Origin: Candidatus Methylomirabilis sp.
GTDB lineage: Bacteria > Methylomirabilota > Methylomirabilia > Methylomirabilales > Methylomirabilaceae
Reading direction: 5' to 3'
NCBI GenBank assembly: GCA_041498975.1
Contig: JBGQJI010000008.1
Location: 1 to 34,581, forward strand
DNA length: 34,581 bases
Position numbers and translations under genes: made by a program. Position 1 is the first letter of the stretch. Each line of letters begins with the position of its first letter. This document shows positions 25,860 to 34,581 of this stretch, in pieces. The notes under the pieces were generated by a model, which ran no database searches, was not told the origin of the DNA, and saw only the letters and a list, made by a program, of their open reading frames with translations.

Positions 25860-27388
25860 GGAATATCCTCCTGGACACTAGACTCCTGCATGTATGTGGG
25901 TTTGAGAGGGCCGAACTGGCCCTCGGTGGGTTCCGCTCAGCAAAACCAGGATTCGGTGAGTCGGGGCGGACGGTTCCCCTCACCTACCGGAGAGAGCGAG
26001 ACCGCCGGGACCTGTTGTCTCCCTGCCACGGTATAGGCGACCTCCCGAATTCTTTGAAACGTGACTCGTGGGTCCTCGGCAGCTCTGACGGCCTCCTCCA
26101 CGAGTCCGCTGACAACCTTGTGTAGCTCATCCATTCGCGTGTCCGGGTGGGTCCAGCGATACATGAATGACGCCTGATCCAACGCTCCCAGAAACGGCCG
26201 GATTGCGACTTGTTCAAGCAGCGCGGAACCGGGGGGGACCAGCAGCCGGATCGCAAACTGCACCGGGTCCACATGATCGACGAGATCCTCCGTCTGGACG
26301 AAATCGAGGATGTCCAGGTACTCTTCAATGGTCGTCCACGGGGTAAAGGGGACCCATGTGGGCCGTAGGGCAAAGCCGGCGTCCCGGACGATTCGAATCG
26401 CCTCGAACACGTCGGCCCTGGTGTGGCCCTTTTCCAGGTTGGCCAGCACCGTGTCGCTGAGCGACTCCACCGCGCTGACCATGAACACGCAGCCGAGCGC
26501 CCCGAGTTCGGGGAAGAGCGCCCGGCGCTTCAGGATATGCTCGACCTTGGCGGTGAAATCGAAGGTCAGTTCCGGAAACTCCCGGTGCATAGAGCGGACG
26601 ACGTTGAGGGAATGGCCGGGCCCATTCAGGAAGTCGGGGTCGCCAAACGTGATGTGGGTTGCGCCAGACCGGACCAGACGCCGGATGTCCTCGAGGACGA
26701 TCTCCTGGGGGACCACGAAGAATCGGCCTCCATAGACAGGCGGGATGGGACAGTGGAGGCACATATGGAGGCAGCCCCGACTTGCCTCGACGTATCCCGC
26801 CAGCGCCCGGCTGCCATTACGCTCGAGGTGGGCGTACTCCTCCAGAGCCGGCAGCCGGCCCCGGCTCGGAATCGGGAAGGGTAGCCGCTTGAGGAACGGT
26901 GCTGAGGGCTGGCCCCGCCTCCACACACCTTCGACAGCGGAAGAACGACCTGCCTCCAATGCTTGGACAAGACTGACCAGCGGCGTCTCGAACTCGCCCC
27001 CGATCACCGAATCCGCGATATGGTCGAGCAGGTAGTCGGCGTTCAGCGAGGCGTAGAGCCCGTAGAGGCAGATTTGGCAGGTCGGATTGACCTGACGGAC
27101 CTGCTCGGCCACCCGGATCCCCAGCCGCAGCGCCGTGTGCATCGGGACCGAGACCCCCACAAAGCTGGCCCGCGCCACTCTCCTTACATCGAAGCTCTCG
27201 ACGGAGATGTCGAGCGCGTCAGGCGCGTACCCTGCACGCTCGAGGAACCCGAGCGGAGACGCGACGCCAAGGGGCTGGTGGCCGAGCTCATAGCAGGAGA
27301 TGAGCAGGATCGATCCCGGCTCCCGTAGACGCATCGCGCGGTTACAATCAGTTGTGATAACGTGTGTTAGTACTGGCAAAGCGACCAT
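25856..27388 (-). CDS. CUAEP-tail radical SAM selenoprotein (B12-binding-like N-terminus; TGA 25939-25937 read as Sec)
   Basis: EASRGCLHMCLHC (CxxxCxxC) and HITFGDPDF; readthrough gives PPRLTESWFC-U-AEPTEGQFGPLKPTYMQESSVQEDIP*, with the true stop overlapping the DUF169 ATG (ATGA); start is 27388 or 27334. Confidence 0.88.
25906..25924 (-). promoter_or_regulatory. Bacterial SECIS-like stem-loop
   Basis: Starts 12 nt after the UGA: GAGGGCC-AGUUC-GGCCCUC; apical loop 19 nt from the UGA with G at loop position 2. Confidence 0.72.
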
Positions 27389-27420
27389 CCTTGCTCACTT
27401 GAATACCGTTCCTATCAAGC

Positions 27421-27449
27421 AGTATTGCAGCAGAGGGTGGACTCGTCAA
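27421..27449 (-). promoter_or_regulatory. Putative sigma70 promoter for the radical SAM operon
   Basis: Minus strand TTGACG-N17-AATACT with a TGn extension. Confidence 0.45.
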
Positions 27450-27459
27450 GGTCCGATGC

Positions 27460-27978
27460 TTATGGCACGTCAACGAGATAGCCCGAGATGGTCCACTCGA
27501 TCTGCGCGGGTCCGTTCGGTGTGTCGCGATTGATAATCAGCGCGACTTGCTTTCCGGGGTCCGCGTAGAGCTTCACGGCATGAGTGCCCGTCCAGACGAG
27601 CCCCGACGGGCCGAACGATATAGGGGTCATCGACAGGTAAAAGTCGATGAAGTCGGAGCCGATTGGGGGCTGGATGCGAGTCTCCAGGGTCTGCCCAGTC
27701 CTGGAGATAGCGTGGACGGAAATGGATTCGATCACCAGCCGTTTGCCAGCCGGCACCGTAAAACCTTTCCCGCCATTAAATGAAAGGTCGTCAAGGGTGA
27801 AGAACTCCTTGGCGATGAACGGTGTCCGGGCCCGATGGTCGACGTCGCGCACCGGGACGGGCGCGGTTGGCGTATTGACGACTTTTACGTCCTGGACGGC
27901 TGCGCAGCCGCTTAGCAAAAGGGCGCCAATGAGGCTCGCGAGGATCGCAGCCGGCATCTGATTCCTAACCTGATCCAT
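27460..27978 (-). CDS. Hypothetical lipoprotein
   Basis: GGAGGAGG RBS before ATG 27978; hydrophobic signal with lipobox LSGC; beta-rich body (TVPAGKRLVIE.IS, ISGYLVD). Confidence 0.7.
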   Translation of the reverse strand: MDQVRNQMPAAILASLIGALLLSGCAAVQDVKVVNTPTAPVPVRDVDHRARTPFIAKEFFTLDDLSFNGGKGFTVPAGKRLVIESISVHAISRTGQTLETRIQPPIGSDFIDFYLSMTPISFGPSGLVWTGTHAVKLYADPGKQVALIINRDTPNGPAQIEWTISGYLVDVP

Positions 27979-28111
27979 TCTTCCTCCTCCAATCAGCTTT
28001 AGGTCCGGATTTCGCGCCTTCCATGTGTCGGCGGATATGCGACGGTGCCAGCGGAAATGCTGAGGGAAAATCCGTCGATCCAATGGGGGGATATCGAAGG
28101 CAGGGCACCTG

Positions 28112-28480
28112 TTAAATGCGAACTGCGATCACCACAGCCTCCGTCCGCTTGAGTTTGGACCGGAGGTCGATCAACCTTTTTAACAAGCCGTATTTGCGCT
28201 TGATGAGCTGATTGACCCATTCTGCCTCATCTGCGTCTATCAGGCGGGCTTCGCCGTCCTGCCAGGAACCAAGGAGATTTCCTCGCACATCGGAGGGGAC
28301 GACGCGCACGTGGGGGTTATTGCGGATACGCTTGACCTTGGCGCTCTGGGCCGGCGTGCGCATATACAGCACACCCTGGTCCTCGACAAACCAGAGGGGA
28401 GTCCGAACCGCCAGTCCGCTTTTCCTGTATGTCTCAAGATTCACGTACTTTTGCTTGGAAAATTGTGCCAGTGGATGCAT
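28112..28480 (-). CDS. PPOX-class (putative F420/flavin-binding) split-barrel oxidoreductase
   Basis: KYVNLETYRKSG.AV.TP.WF, SAKVKRIRNNP.V.V.P.D.RG and KRKYG. Confidence 0.88.
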   Translation of the reverse strand: MHPLAQFSKQKYVNLETYRKSGLAVRTPLWFVEDQGVLYMRTPAQSAKVKRIRNNPHVRVVPSDVRGNLLGSWQDGEARLIDADEAEWVNQLIKRKYGLLKRLIDLRSKLKRTEAVVIAVRI

Positions 28481-28639
28481 GGCGCAACGAAGCCTTTGCG
28501 CGCTGGATGCGCGACACTTCTTTGCTCAGTTTTCAGGTCCCGCGCGGACCTTCTCCTGCATCGGAAGTAAACAGATCCTGCCTTTCAGCCATCCCATTGT
28601 ACACGCCTCAACGGCGGGCTGCTTATTCGCTCAGAGCAG

Positions 28640-30373
28640 CTAAAAGGCGTCCGGAGCCGAGGCGATGGCTTCGAGGTCGGCTCTCGTGTACGAGCCCAAG
28701 GCCCTGAAATTAAGCTCCGTGTAGTTTTTGATCCACCGCATCGCGATTTTCACCGCCTTGTGGTACCGCTCCTCGGCCTTCGCGTACGCCGACTCACTGT
28801 TCGGGTCACCCTTCTTTACTGTCGCCTGTAGCTGCGCCAGAATGTCCCGCCCCTCTTCCTGCAGCAGCTTCTTCACCAGAGGGAAATCGTGCACGAGAGA
28901 CGGGGTGTGCGTATCCCTGGCATGGTGCCGGGTCCTCTGTGCGATTTGGGCCACCGAAATGCGACCTGTCGCCAGATCTTCCATCAACGCGGGATGGATG
29001 CCCGGTTTGCCGGCCAGGCTGTCGATCCCTTTGGCGCCCCTGCCATTCAACCACCCCTCAAGATATTCGATCAGCATTCTGGCGTTTCGGCGTGTCCCCT
29101 CGACGGTGATCGGGCCATCGGGGACTCTGATCTCGATGGGATAATTGTCCGGGTTGGCCATCTCTGGCGTCGGCTTCCAGCCGGAGGCAAGCAGTTCCTT
29201 GAAGGGATCTGCGGCCGGTTTCATATGAAAGATATGAGCGACCCAGCCCCTGATGAACCCTTGCCGGGCCTCCCAGACCTTATCCGCCCTGATGGCCTCC
29301 GCCGCCACCCGATTGACCTCAGGATTATTACTGGGCAACGGCGTGGCCATGCCGCCGATGGGGACGGCCCCCCTCTTCAGGCAGATCGCCACCAGGCGCC
29401 TGAAGATATTTGCCAGAAATGGGGTCGTCTTGATGTCGATGCCGAACCGATCCGGCCACACGGATTTGGGGTCCGCCATCACGAACTCATAGATGCTGGC
29501 CTGGAAATCCCAGCGCGCGGCGTTCAGCCCGCCCGCGTAGGGCCCCAGGGCATACAGCATCTCTTCCATCTCATACGCCGCGGGCAGCGATTCGATCAGG
29601 TGAATGGCACTGATGACGGCGTTGCCGAGGAAATCCAGGTGATCGCGGCTGGCGTCAAAGAAGTCTCGCCAGAAGGCCGCCTCTTCGGCCGATTCCAGCT
29701 TCGGGAGGTAGAAGTAAATCCCCTGGCCGCGTTCGGCCTGCGCCCGACCGGCGTAGAAGAAGGTCAGAGCGGTGCCGAGGATGCTGGCGGGGATAGGCGC
29801 TCCATCGACGGTGACCTCAGGCTCATCCAGATGGAGGCCACGCTCCCTGTGCATGAAGAAGGGGAGTTCGCCCTCGGCGATCCTGTACTCCTTGCCCTTC
29901 TGCGGATCGGAGAAGGTGAGCGTACGATTGACGGCAGCCAGGCGGTTCTTGGTGGCTCTTACCGTATCGATAAACCGATGCCCGGCGGAATCTTCATCAT
30001 CGTCCAGATCGCCCTCGGCTCTGGTACCCTCCGGCCCCGGATTGAGCGCATTGATGAACATGGCCGTGATCGAGGCCGGGCCCGATATCTCGATCCCCGG
30101 CTTGAGCAAGTCTTCGGGCACCGGAGGAACCCCCCAGTTCCCCGTGTTGATGTCACTGAGGGGAAGGTGCGTCGGCAGGATCCCCTGCTCATGAGTCCTC
30201 TTGAGCACCTGAGCGCGTCGAGCACGCAGCAGATAGATCCGAGGCGTGAATCGATCGTGCAGACGCAACAGATACTCCATGAACGCCGGGGTAAACAGCT
30301 CCGCAGCCCCTTCCACCGGCGCAAAACGGACTCGTCCCATACTCGACATTCCTGAAGCTACCTTCGCACCCAC
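28640..30373 (-). CDS. Malate synthase-like protein (divergent)
   Basis: EISGP, DDEDS, HRERGLHLDE, YFYLPKLE..EEA, LIES.PA..EMEE.LY.L, GLNAARWDF, IGGMA, GWVAH and LMEDLAT. Confidence 0.85.
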   Translation of the reverse strand: MGAKVASGMSSMGRVRFAPVEGAAELFTPAFMEYLLRLHDRFTPRIYLLRARRAQVLKRTHEQGILPTHLPLSDINTGNWGVPPVPEDLLKPGIEISGPASITAMFINALNPGPEGTRAEGDLDDDEDSAGHRFIDTVRATKNRLAAVNRTLTFSDPQKGKEYRIAEGELPFFMHRERGLHLDEPEVTVDGAPIPASILGTALTFFYAGRAQAERGQGIYFYLPKLESAEEAAFWRDFFDASRDHLDFLGNAVISAIHLIESLPAAYEMEEMLYALGPYAGGLNAARWDFQASIYEFVMADPKSVWPDRFGIDIKTTPFLANIFRRLVAICLKRGAVPIGGMATPLPSNNPEVNRVAAEAIRADKVWEARQGFIRGWVAHIFHMKPAADPFKELLASGWKPTPEMANPDNYPIEIRVPDGPITVEGTRRNARMLIEYLEGWLNGRGAKGIDSLAGKPGIHPALMEDLATGRISVAQIAQRTRHHARDTHTPSLVHDFPLVKKLLQEEGRDILAQLQATVKKGDPNSESAYAKAEERYHKAVKIAMRWIKNYTELNFRALGSYTRADLEAIASAPDAF

Positions 30374-30553
30374 GTGAATCTCCTTCCCTCCTATTCCGAC
30401 AAAGGGATGTGATGGTTGGTTGGATTGCCCAGGAGTCCTCGCACCGCGTGGAATCGATCCGATTTGGTTTCGCCGACGTGATGAAACACCGATCGAGGGG
30501 TGGGATGCCCCGGAACGCCACCAATGTGCTCCGTGCCTCCCAATCTTAGCCTC

Positions 30554-30581
30554 AGTCTAGCTTGCTTTCTCCCTCTGTCAA
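30554..30581 (-). promoter_or_regulatory. Putative sigma70 promoter upstream of the malate synthase gene
   Basis: Minus strand TTGACA-N16-TAGACT. Confidence 0.55.
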
Positions 30582-30642
30582 GAAAAACGTCACCAAAGCC
30601 GGAGCTTGAAACCGACCTTGCGAGCTCCGGCATCTGTTGTGC

Positions 30643-32775
30643 TCAGCCCCCCACCGAAGGCTTCGCAACGGAGGCATTGCGGCGCGACCACTGCACCGCC
30701 GTTATGAACACCCCACAAACCACACCGGCGGCGTCGCCGTAGCCCCAGGGGAAGATCATCGCCAAGGCGCCGGCCAACAGCACGCCGCGCTCCCACCAGC
30801 GGGCCGGGGCCACCAGGTAGCCCATGATCGCCGCGCCTAACAGCGTGACGCCGATAAAAGCCGTCAGGCTAGAGAGGGCGATCTGCAGCCAGCTTCCCTC
30901 CATCAGCAACCCCCGCTCGTAGACGAACAGGTAGGGGACCACAAAGCCTGAAATCGCCAACTTGCATGCAGTCCAGGCGGTCTTGCTCGGGTCGGCCTGG
31001 GCGATGCCCGCGCCCGCCAAGGCTGCCAGGGCCACCGGCGGCGTCAGATCGGCAAAGAGTCCGAAGTAGAAAACAAACATATGAGACACCAATGGAGGGA
31101 CGCCCATCTGCGCCAAGGCCGGCGCTGCCATAGCGGCCGTGACCACATAGGTCGGGATGGTCGGCAGCCCGGTCCCCAGGACGATGGAGGCGATCATGGT
31201 GAAGAACAGCGCGAGGAAGAGATTCCCCCCTGCCAGCGACACGATGGCCGAGGCCAGTTTGGCCCCCATACCCGTCTGCGTGGCCACGCCGATGACAAAA
31301 CCAATCACCGCACAGGCCATGGCCACGCCGAGGGCGCTACGCGTTCCGTGCTCCAGGCTGGTCAGCATCTGCCGCACCGGCGCGCGGCTGACGGGCTTCC
31401 ACACCGCCCACATCAGCAGCCACCCAACCGGCACCAAAGCCGTCTCCGGCTTCGCGGCATTCAGGGACACGCACAGGGTTAGGGCCCCGCCCAACGACAG
31501 GATGCGAACCGGCAGGCTCGCCTGAGCGGAGAAGATGGCTTTGACCAGGATGATCGCCACCGTCAGCAAGATGCCGATGAAGCCGGCGTAGAGCGGCGTA
31601 TAGCCCGAAAACAGCAGGTATGTCAGGACTCCCAGGGGTAACAGCAGATAGCCGCGCGCTCTCAACACTTCCCAGAACCTTGGCAACTCCTGGCGCGGCA
31701 GTCCCTTGAGCCCCAGACGGCCAGCCTCCTGGTGCACCTGAACGCCAACGGCCAGGAAGTAGAGGATGGCGGGAATGGTGGCCGCCTTGGCGATGGTGAA
31801 ATATGGCACTCCGAGAGTGTCGGCCATAATGAACGCCACTGCCCCCATGACCGGGGGCATGATCTGCCCCCCCATCGAGGCGGTCGATTCGACCGCCGCG
31901 GCAAACTGAGGGGTGAAGCCGGTGCGCTTCATCAGCGGAATGGTAAAGGAGCCGATGGTGACCACGTTGGCGATGGCGCTGCCGTTGAGCATACCGAACA
32001 GCGCCGAACTGATGATGCCGACCTTGGCGGAGCCGCCTTTGGTGTGCCCCACTAGGGACAGGGCCAGATCTGAGAACAGGCTGATCATGCCGGCCTGCTC
32101 CAGGAAGGCGCCGAATAACACGAACAGGAAGATGTAGGTCGCGCTGACTCCAAGGGCGATCCCGAAAATCCCCTCCGTGGTGAGGTACGTATAGTCAAGG
32201 ATATCCAGGACACCATAGCCACGGTGTGCGATGACATTTGGCAACCACGGTCCCAGGTAGGCATAGGCCAGGAACCCCAGGGCCAGGATCGACAGCTCCG
32301 CGCCCAGGGCCCGCCGGCTGCCCTCCAGGATGAGCAGGCTGGTCAGCGCCCCCATCGCCAGATCCACGTTGCTGGGGGTGCCGGCCCGCAACACGAGATC
32401 GCGGTAGAAGATCGGGATGTAAAGGGCGCCACACGCCCCCAGCACCGCCAGGAGCAGGTCCCACCAGGGGACGCGCTGCTCCCCCACGCCGGGCCGCTGG
32501 CGGAACGGGTAGAGCAGGAATGTGAGCGCGAGGATGAAAGCCAGATGGACGGCGCGCTGCACATGCGCGTTGAGAAGGCCGAAGCCGGCCGTGTAGAGCT
32601 GGTAAAGCGCCAGGGAGAGCGCCACGGCAAAAACCAGCCGCCGGCTTATCCCTGCCAGTGGCCGAAACCGAAACTCGGCGTCGTACCTGGCGAGCGTGGT
32701 GTCCACATCGACAGGGTCAACCTTTGCGGGCGTTTGCGGCTTCTGCGTATGCTTAGGGGCGTCGTGGCTTTCCAT
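30643..32775 (-). CDS. TRAP transporter fused permease (4TM/12TM, TAXI-associated)
   Basis: EGIFG.ALGVSATYIFLF, GSAIANVVT.GSFTIPLMK, GGQIMPPVMGA and ADLTPPVALAA. Confidence 0.94.
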   Translation of the reverse strand: MESHDAPKHTQKPQTPAKVDPVDVDTTLARYDAEFRFRPLAGISRRLVFAVALSLALYQLYTAGFGLLNAHVQRAVHLAFILALTFLLYPFRQRPGVGEQRVPWWDLLLAVLGACGALYIPIFYRDLVLRAGTPSNVDLAMGALTSLLILEGSRRALGAELSILALGFLAYAYLGPWLPNVIAHRGYGVLDILDYTYLTTEGIFGIALGVSATYIFLFVLFGAFLEQAGMISLFSDLALSLVGHTKGGSAKVGIISSALFGMLNGSAIANVVTIGSFTIPLMKRTGFTPQFAAAVESTASMGGQIMPPVMGAVAFIMADTLGVPYFTIAKAATIPAILYFLAVGVQVHQEAGRLGLKGLPRQELPRFWEVLRARGYLLLPLGVLTYLLFSGYTPLYAGFIGILLTVAIILVKAIFSAQASLPVRILSLGGALTLCVSLNAAKPETALVPVGWLLMWAVWKPVSRAPVRQMLTSLEHGTRSALGVAMACAVIGFVIGVATQTGMGAKLASAIVSLAGGNLFLALFFTMIASIVLGTGLPTIPTYVVTAAMAAPALAQMGVPPLVSHMFVFYFGLFADLTPPVALAALAGAGIAQADPSKTAWTACKLAISGFVVPYLFVYERGLLMEGSWLQIALSSLTAFIGVTLLGAAIMGYLVAPARWWERGVLLAGALAMIFPWGYGDAAGVVCGVFITAVQWSRRNASVAKPSVGG

Positions 32776-32807
32776 ACACCCTCTCTGCAGAAGAGACGAA
32801 GAGAGAT

Positions 32808-32839
32808 GAAAGAAAAGAGGCGAGCTCGCACTCGCCTCT
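32808..32839 (-). terminator. Intrinsic terminator-like hairpin between the SBP and permease genes
   Basis: AGAGGCGAG-TGCGAG-CTCGCCTCT followed by TTTCTTTC on the minus strand. Confidence 0.65.
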
Positions 32840-32869
32840 GATGTTCTTACTGGAAGGCTATGGCGGGCG

Positions 32870-33835
32870 TTATCTCAGGACCTTCTTCTCCCGATAGAAC
32901 CGCTCCGCTCCAGGATGGAGCGGTATCGGCAGACCGACGGTGGCGGTGGCCAGTTGGATCTCCTTCGCCGCCACGTGGGCCAGCACCAGGCGGTCCAGGT
33001 TCTCGAAGATCGCCCTGGTCAGCTCATAGACCACTTTTTCATCCAGATCGTCCCGGGTAATGAGGAAGTTAGGGATGGCGACAGACTTTACCGGCGCATC
33101 CTGGTTCTTGTACGTCCCTTTGGGAATGGCCGTCGGAGAGAAAAAGGGATGAGTGGCCGTGAGGGTCTTTACCACGGTCTCCTCAATCGGCACCACCGCG
33201 ATCCCCTGGCTGAAGGCCAGATCCAGCACGCTGGGGTTGGGCAACCCGGAGCTGACCAGGGTGGCGTCGATGGCGCGGTTCTTGAGCTGGTCTACCGACT
33301 CGACGAAGCTGAGATAGTCGGTCCGCCCGAAGTCTTTGTAGCTCATGCCGGCCGCCTCCAAGATCTGCCGGGCGTTGATTTCCGTCCCGCTCCCGGGCGC
33401 GCCCACGGAGACCTTTTTCCCTCTCAGGTCGGCGAGGCTGCTGATACCGCTGTCCTTACGGGCGACGATCTGAATGATATTCGGGTAGAGGTCGGCCACA
33501 ACCCGCAGCTTGGTAAGCGGCTTGGTGAAGCCCCCCAGGGAGTCCCCCTTGTAGGCAAAGGCCAGCGTATCCCCGAGCACCAGGGCGAGGTCGCTCTTGC
33601 CTTCCTGGACCTGTATACAATTCACCTTGGAAGCGGCGGTCGTCTGCGCAGAGGCGTTGTAGCCCGTCAGTTTCTTGTTGAAGATATCGGCCATCGCCGC
33701 ACCGATCGGGAAATAGGCCCCACCAGTGCCGCCGGTAGCGATAGAGATGAACTGCACCGCGCCGCTTGTCGCCATCGTGCTGCAGACGACCGCAACGCCG
33801 GCCAGCAGCGTGAACAGTCTGAATCTCTTCGCCAT
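32870..33835 (-). CDS. TAXI family TRAP solute-binding protein
   Basis: IATGGTGGAYFPIG, T.AS..N, DLRGKKVSVGAPGSGTE and PLHPGA.RFY. Confidence 0.95.
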   Translation of the reverse strand: MAKRFRLFTLLAGVAVVCSTMATSGAVQFISIATGGTGGAYFPIGAAMADIFNKKLTGYNASAQTTAASKVNCIQVQEGKSDLALVLGDTLAFAYKGDSLGGFTKPLTKLRVVADLYPNIIQIVARKDSGISSLADLRGKKVSVGAPGSGTEINARQILEAAGMSYKDFGRTDYLSFVESVDQLKNRAIDATLVSSGLPNPSVLDLAFSQGIAVVPIEETVVKTLTATHPFFSPTAIPKGTYKNQDAPVKSVAIPNFLITRDDLDEKVVYELTRAIFENLDRLVLAHVAAKEIQLATATVGLPIPLHPGAERFYREKKVLR

Positions 33836-33849
33836 ACGGCCTCCACCAT

Positions 33850-34401
33850 TTACGGACGATCGGCCGGCACGTCACGCCTCGGCCGCAAGAGAATGGCCTG
33901 TTCCCCGGCGATCTCCAGCAGCGAGACGCGCACAGCGCCGCTTTCCAGCCAGTGGGGCGAGAGCGGGCTCAGGCTGATCGGCAGGGAGTCCAGCTCCAGG
34001 CTAACCGGCTCATAGACCAGCCAGCCCTGCTCCATCCGGAAACCATCGCCTTCCCGCTGACGATCCGGCGTCCCTGCGCCGTATCCGTGCGTAGCGCTGC
34101 TCAGGAGGCGCAGCCGACCGCCTGGCGTGACCTGGAATGCCTCGCGCCACTGAAAATGCTCGACGGAGTGCTCCCAGGCCAGCGTAAAATTCCCATCCTT
34201 TTCGACCGGTACTGTCTGCAGGAGTCGGGGCGGATGGGTCTGCGTCCAGATCTGCAACTCGCTGGCGCCCATTACTTCTTTCGGCACCAGCAGGATCCCC
34301 GCGCAAAGAACCATCCCAAGGGTCAACACGGTCTCTCGCACCTCAAGAAAGATCCGAGTCTTCCCCCGCGCCACTGTCGAAATCAACGTGACACTCCCCA
34401 A
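33850..34401 (-). CDS. DUF1850 family protein (TAXI-TRAP associated)
   Basis: FTL.W.HSVE...W.E.F and YGAG.P motifs; adjacent to the TAXI SBP; start uncertain. Confidence 0.8.
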   Translation of the reverse strand: MGSVTLISTVARGKTRIFLEVRETVLTLGMVLCAGILLVPKEVMGASELQIWTQTHPPRLLQTVPVEKDGNFTLAWEHSVEHFQWREAFQVTPGGRLRLLSSATHGYGAGTPDRQREGDGFRMEQGWLVYEPVSLELDSLPISLSPLSPHWLESGAVRVSLLEIAGEQAILLRPRRDVPADRP

Positions 34402-34441
34402 GGCCAGGTCAGCTCCGTCGCAGGGGGGAGAGAAATCTTGG

Positions 34442-34581
34442 CTACTTCACTGCGCCGGTGGTCATGCCCGAAATGAAATAATCGAGGGACAGCGCGTAGA
34501 GGATCACCACCGGGATCGACCCTATTATCGCAGACGCCATGAGCGGCCCCCAGAAATATACGTCCCCGCGGACCATGTCCA
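34442..34581 (-). CDS. Carbohydrate ABC transporter permease, C-terminal part only
   Basis: Manual translation DMVRGDVYFWGPLMASAIIGSIPVVILYALSLDYFISGMTTGAVK* matches a MalG-type C-terminus. Confidence 0.85.
   Translation of the reverse strand, partial: DMVRGDVYFWGPLMASAIIGSIPVVILYALSLDYFISGMTTGAVK

Noticed and set aside
25937..25939. TGA as the true stop of the radical SAM gene
   Set aside because: The AEP continuation, SECIS-like hairpin and ATGA coupling to the next gene all favour Sec readthrough
27341..27361. Imperfect palindrome GTTACAATCAGTTGTGATAAC as an operator of the radical SAM operon
   Set aside because: Weak symmetry, may lie inside the coding region if the start is 27388, and no regulator gene nearby
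28889..30355. Long antisense ORFs (28889-30355, 24253-25182, 32915-34015, 14193-14963 and similar)
   Set aside because: Shadow frames of well-supported genes on the opposite strand in GC-rich DNA; no recognisable motifs
1..34581. CRISPR array, rRNA, integrase or prophage genes
   Set aside because: No regularly spaced repeats or diagnostic motifs were seen in the window

Overview
GC-rich bacterial window, possibly Methylomirabilota-like, though this is only an impression from gene style. From left to right: (1) a partial M48 peptidase, a KimA/YdaO-like gene remnant, a fatty-acid hydroxylase-family gene, a Cache protein, an AlkP-family phosphodiesterase and a DUF1501 remnant. (2) An extended minus-strand chromate-resistance cluster: chrB-chrA-PepSY-like-DUF1080-like-chrC(SOD)-MFS-DUF1259-YncE-putative beta-barrel. 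It has a promoter overlapped by palindromes and a dead IS256 fragment beside it. (3) A CDF metal exporter, a pcaD-like hydrolase and a hugZ-like gene. (4) A ~5 kb defence islet (Type III R-M mod/res with hicBA nested between them), bracketed by a ~168-bp duplication of the hugZ 3' end. (5) A minus-strand cluster of radical SAM, DUF169, ATP-grasp ligase and NfuA. The apparent TGA stop of the radical SAM gene is very likely selenocysteine (WFC-U-AEP tail plus a SECIS-like hairpin), which points to an uncharacterised Sec-dependent, possibly organo-metalloid, biosynthetic system. A 108-bp MITE sits inside this cluster. (6) A lipoprotein, a PPOX-class protein, a divergent malate synthase, a TAXI-TRAP transporter set and the end of a sugar ABC permease. 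All calls come from motif recognition by eye; no searches were run.
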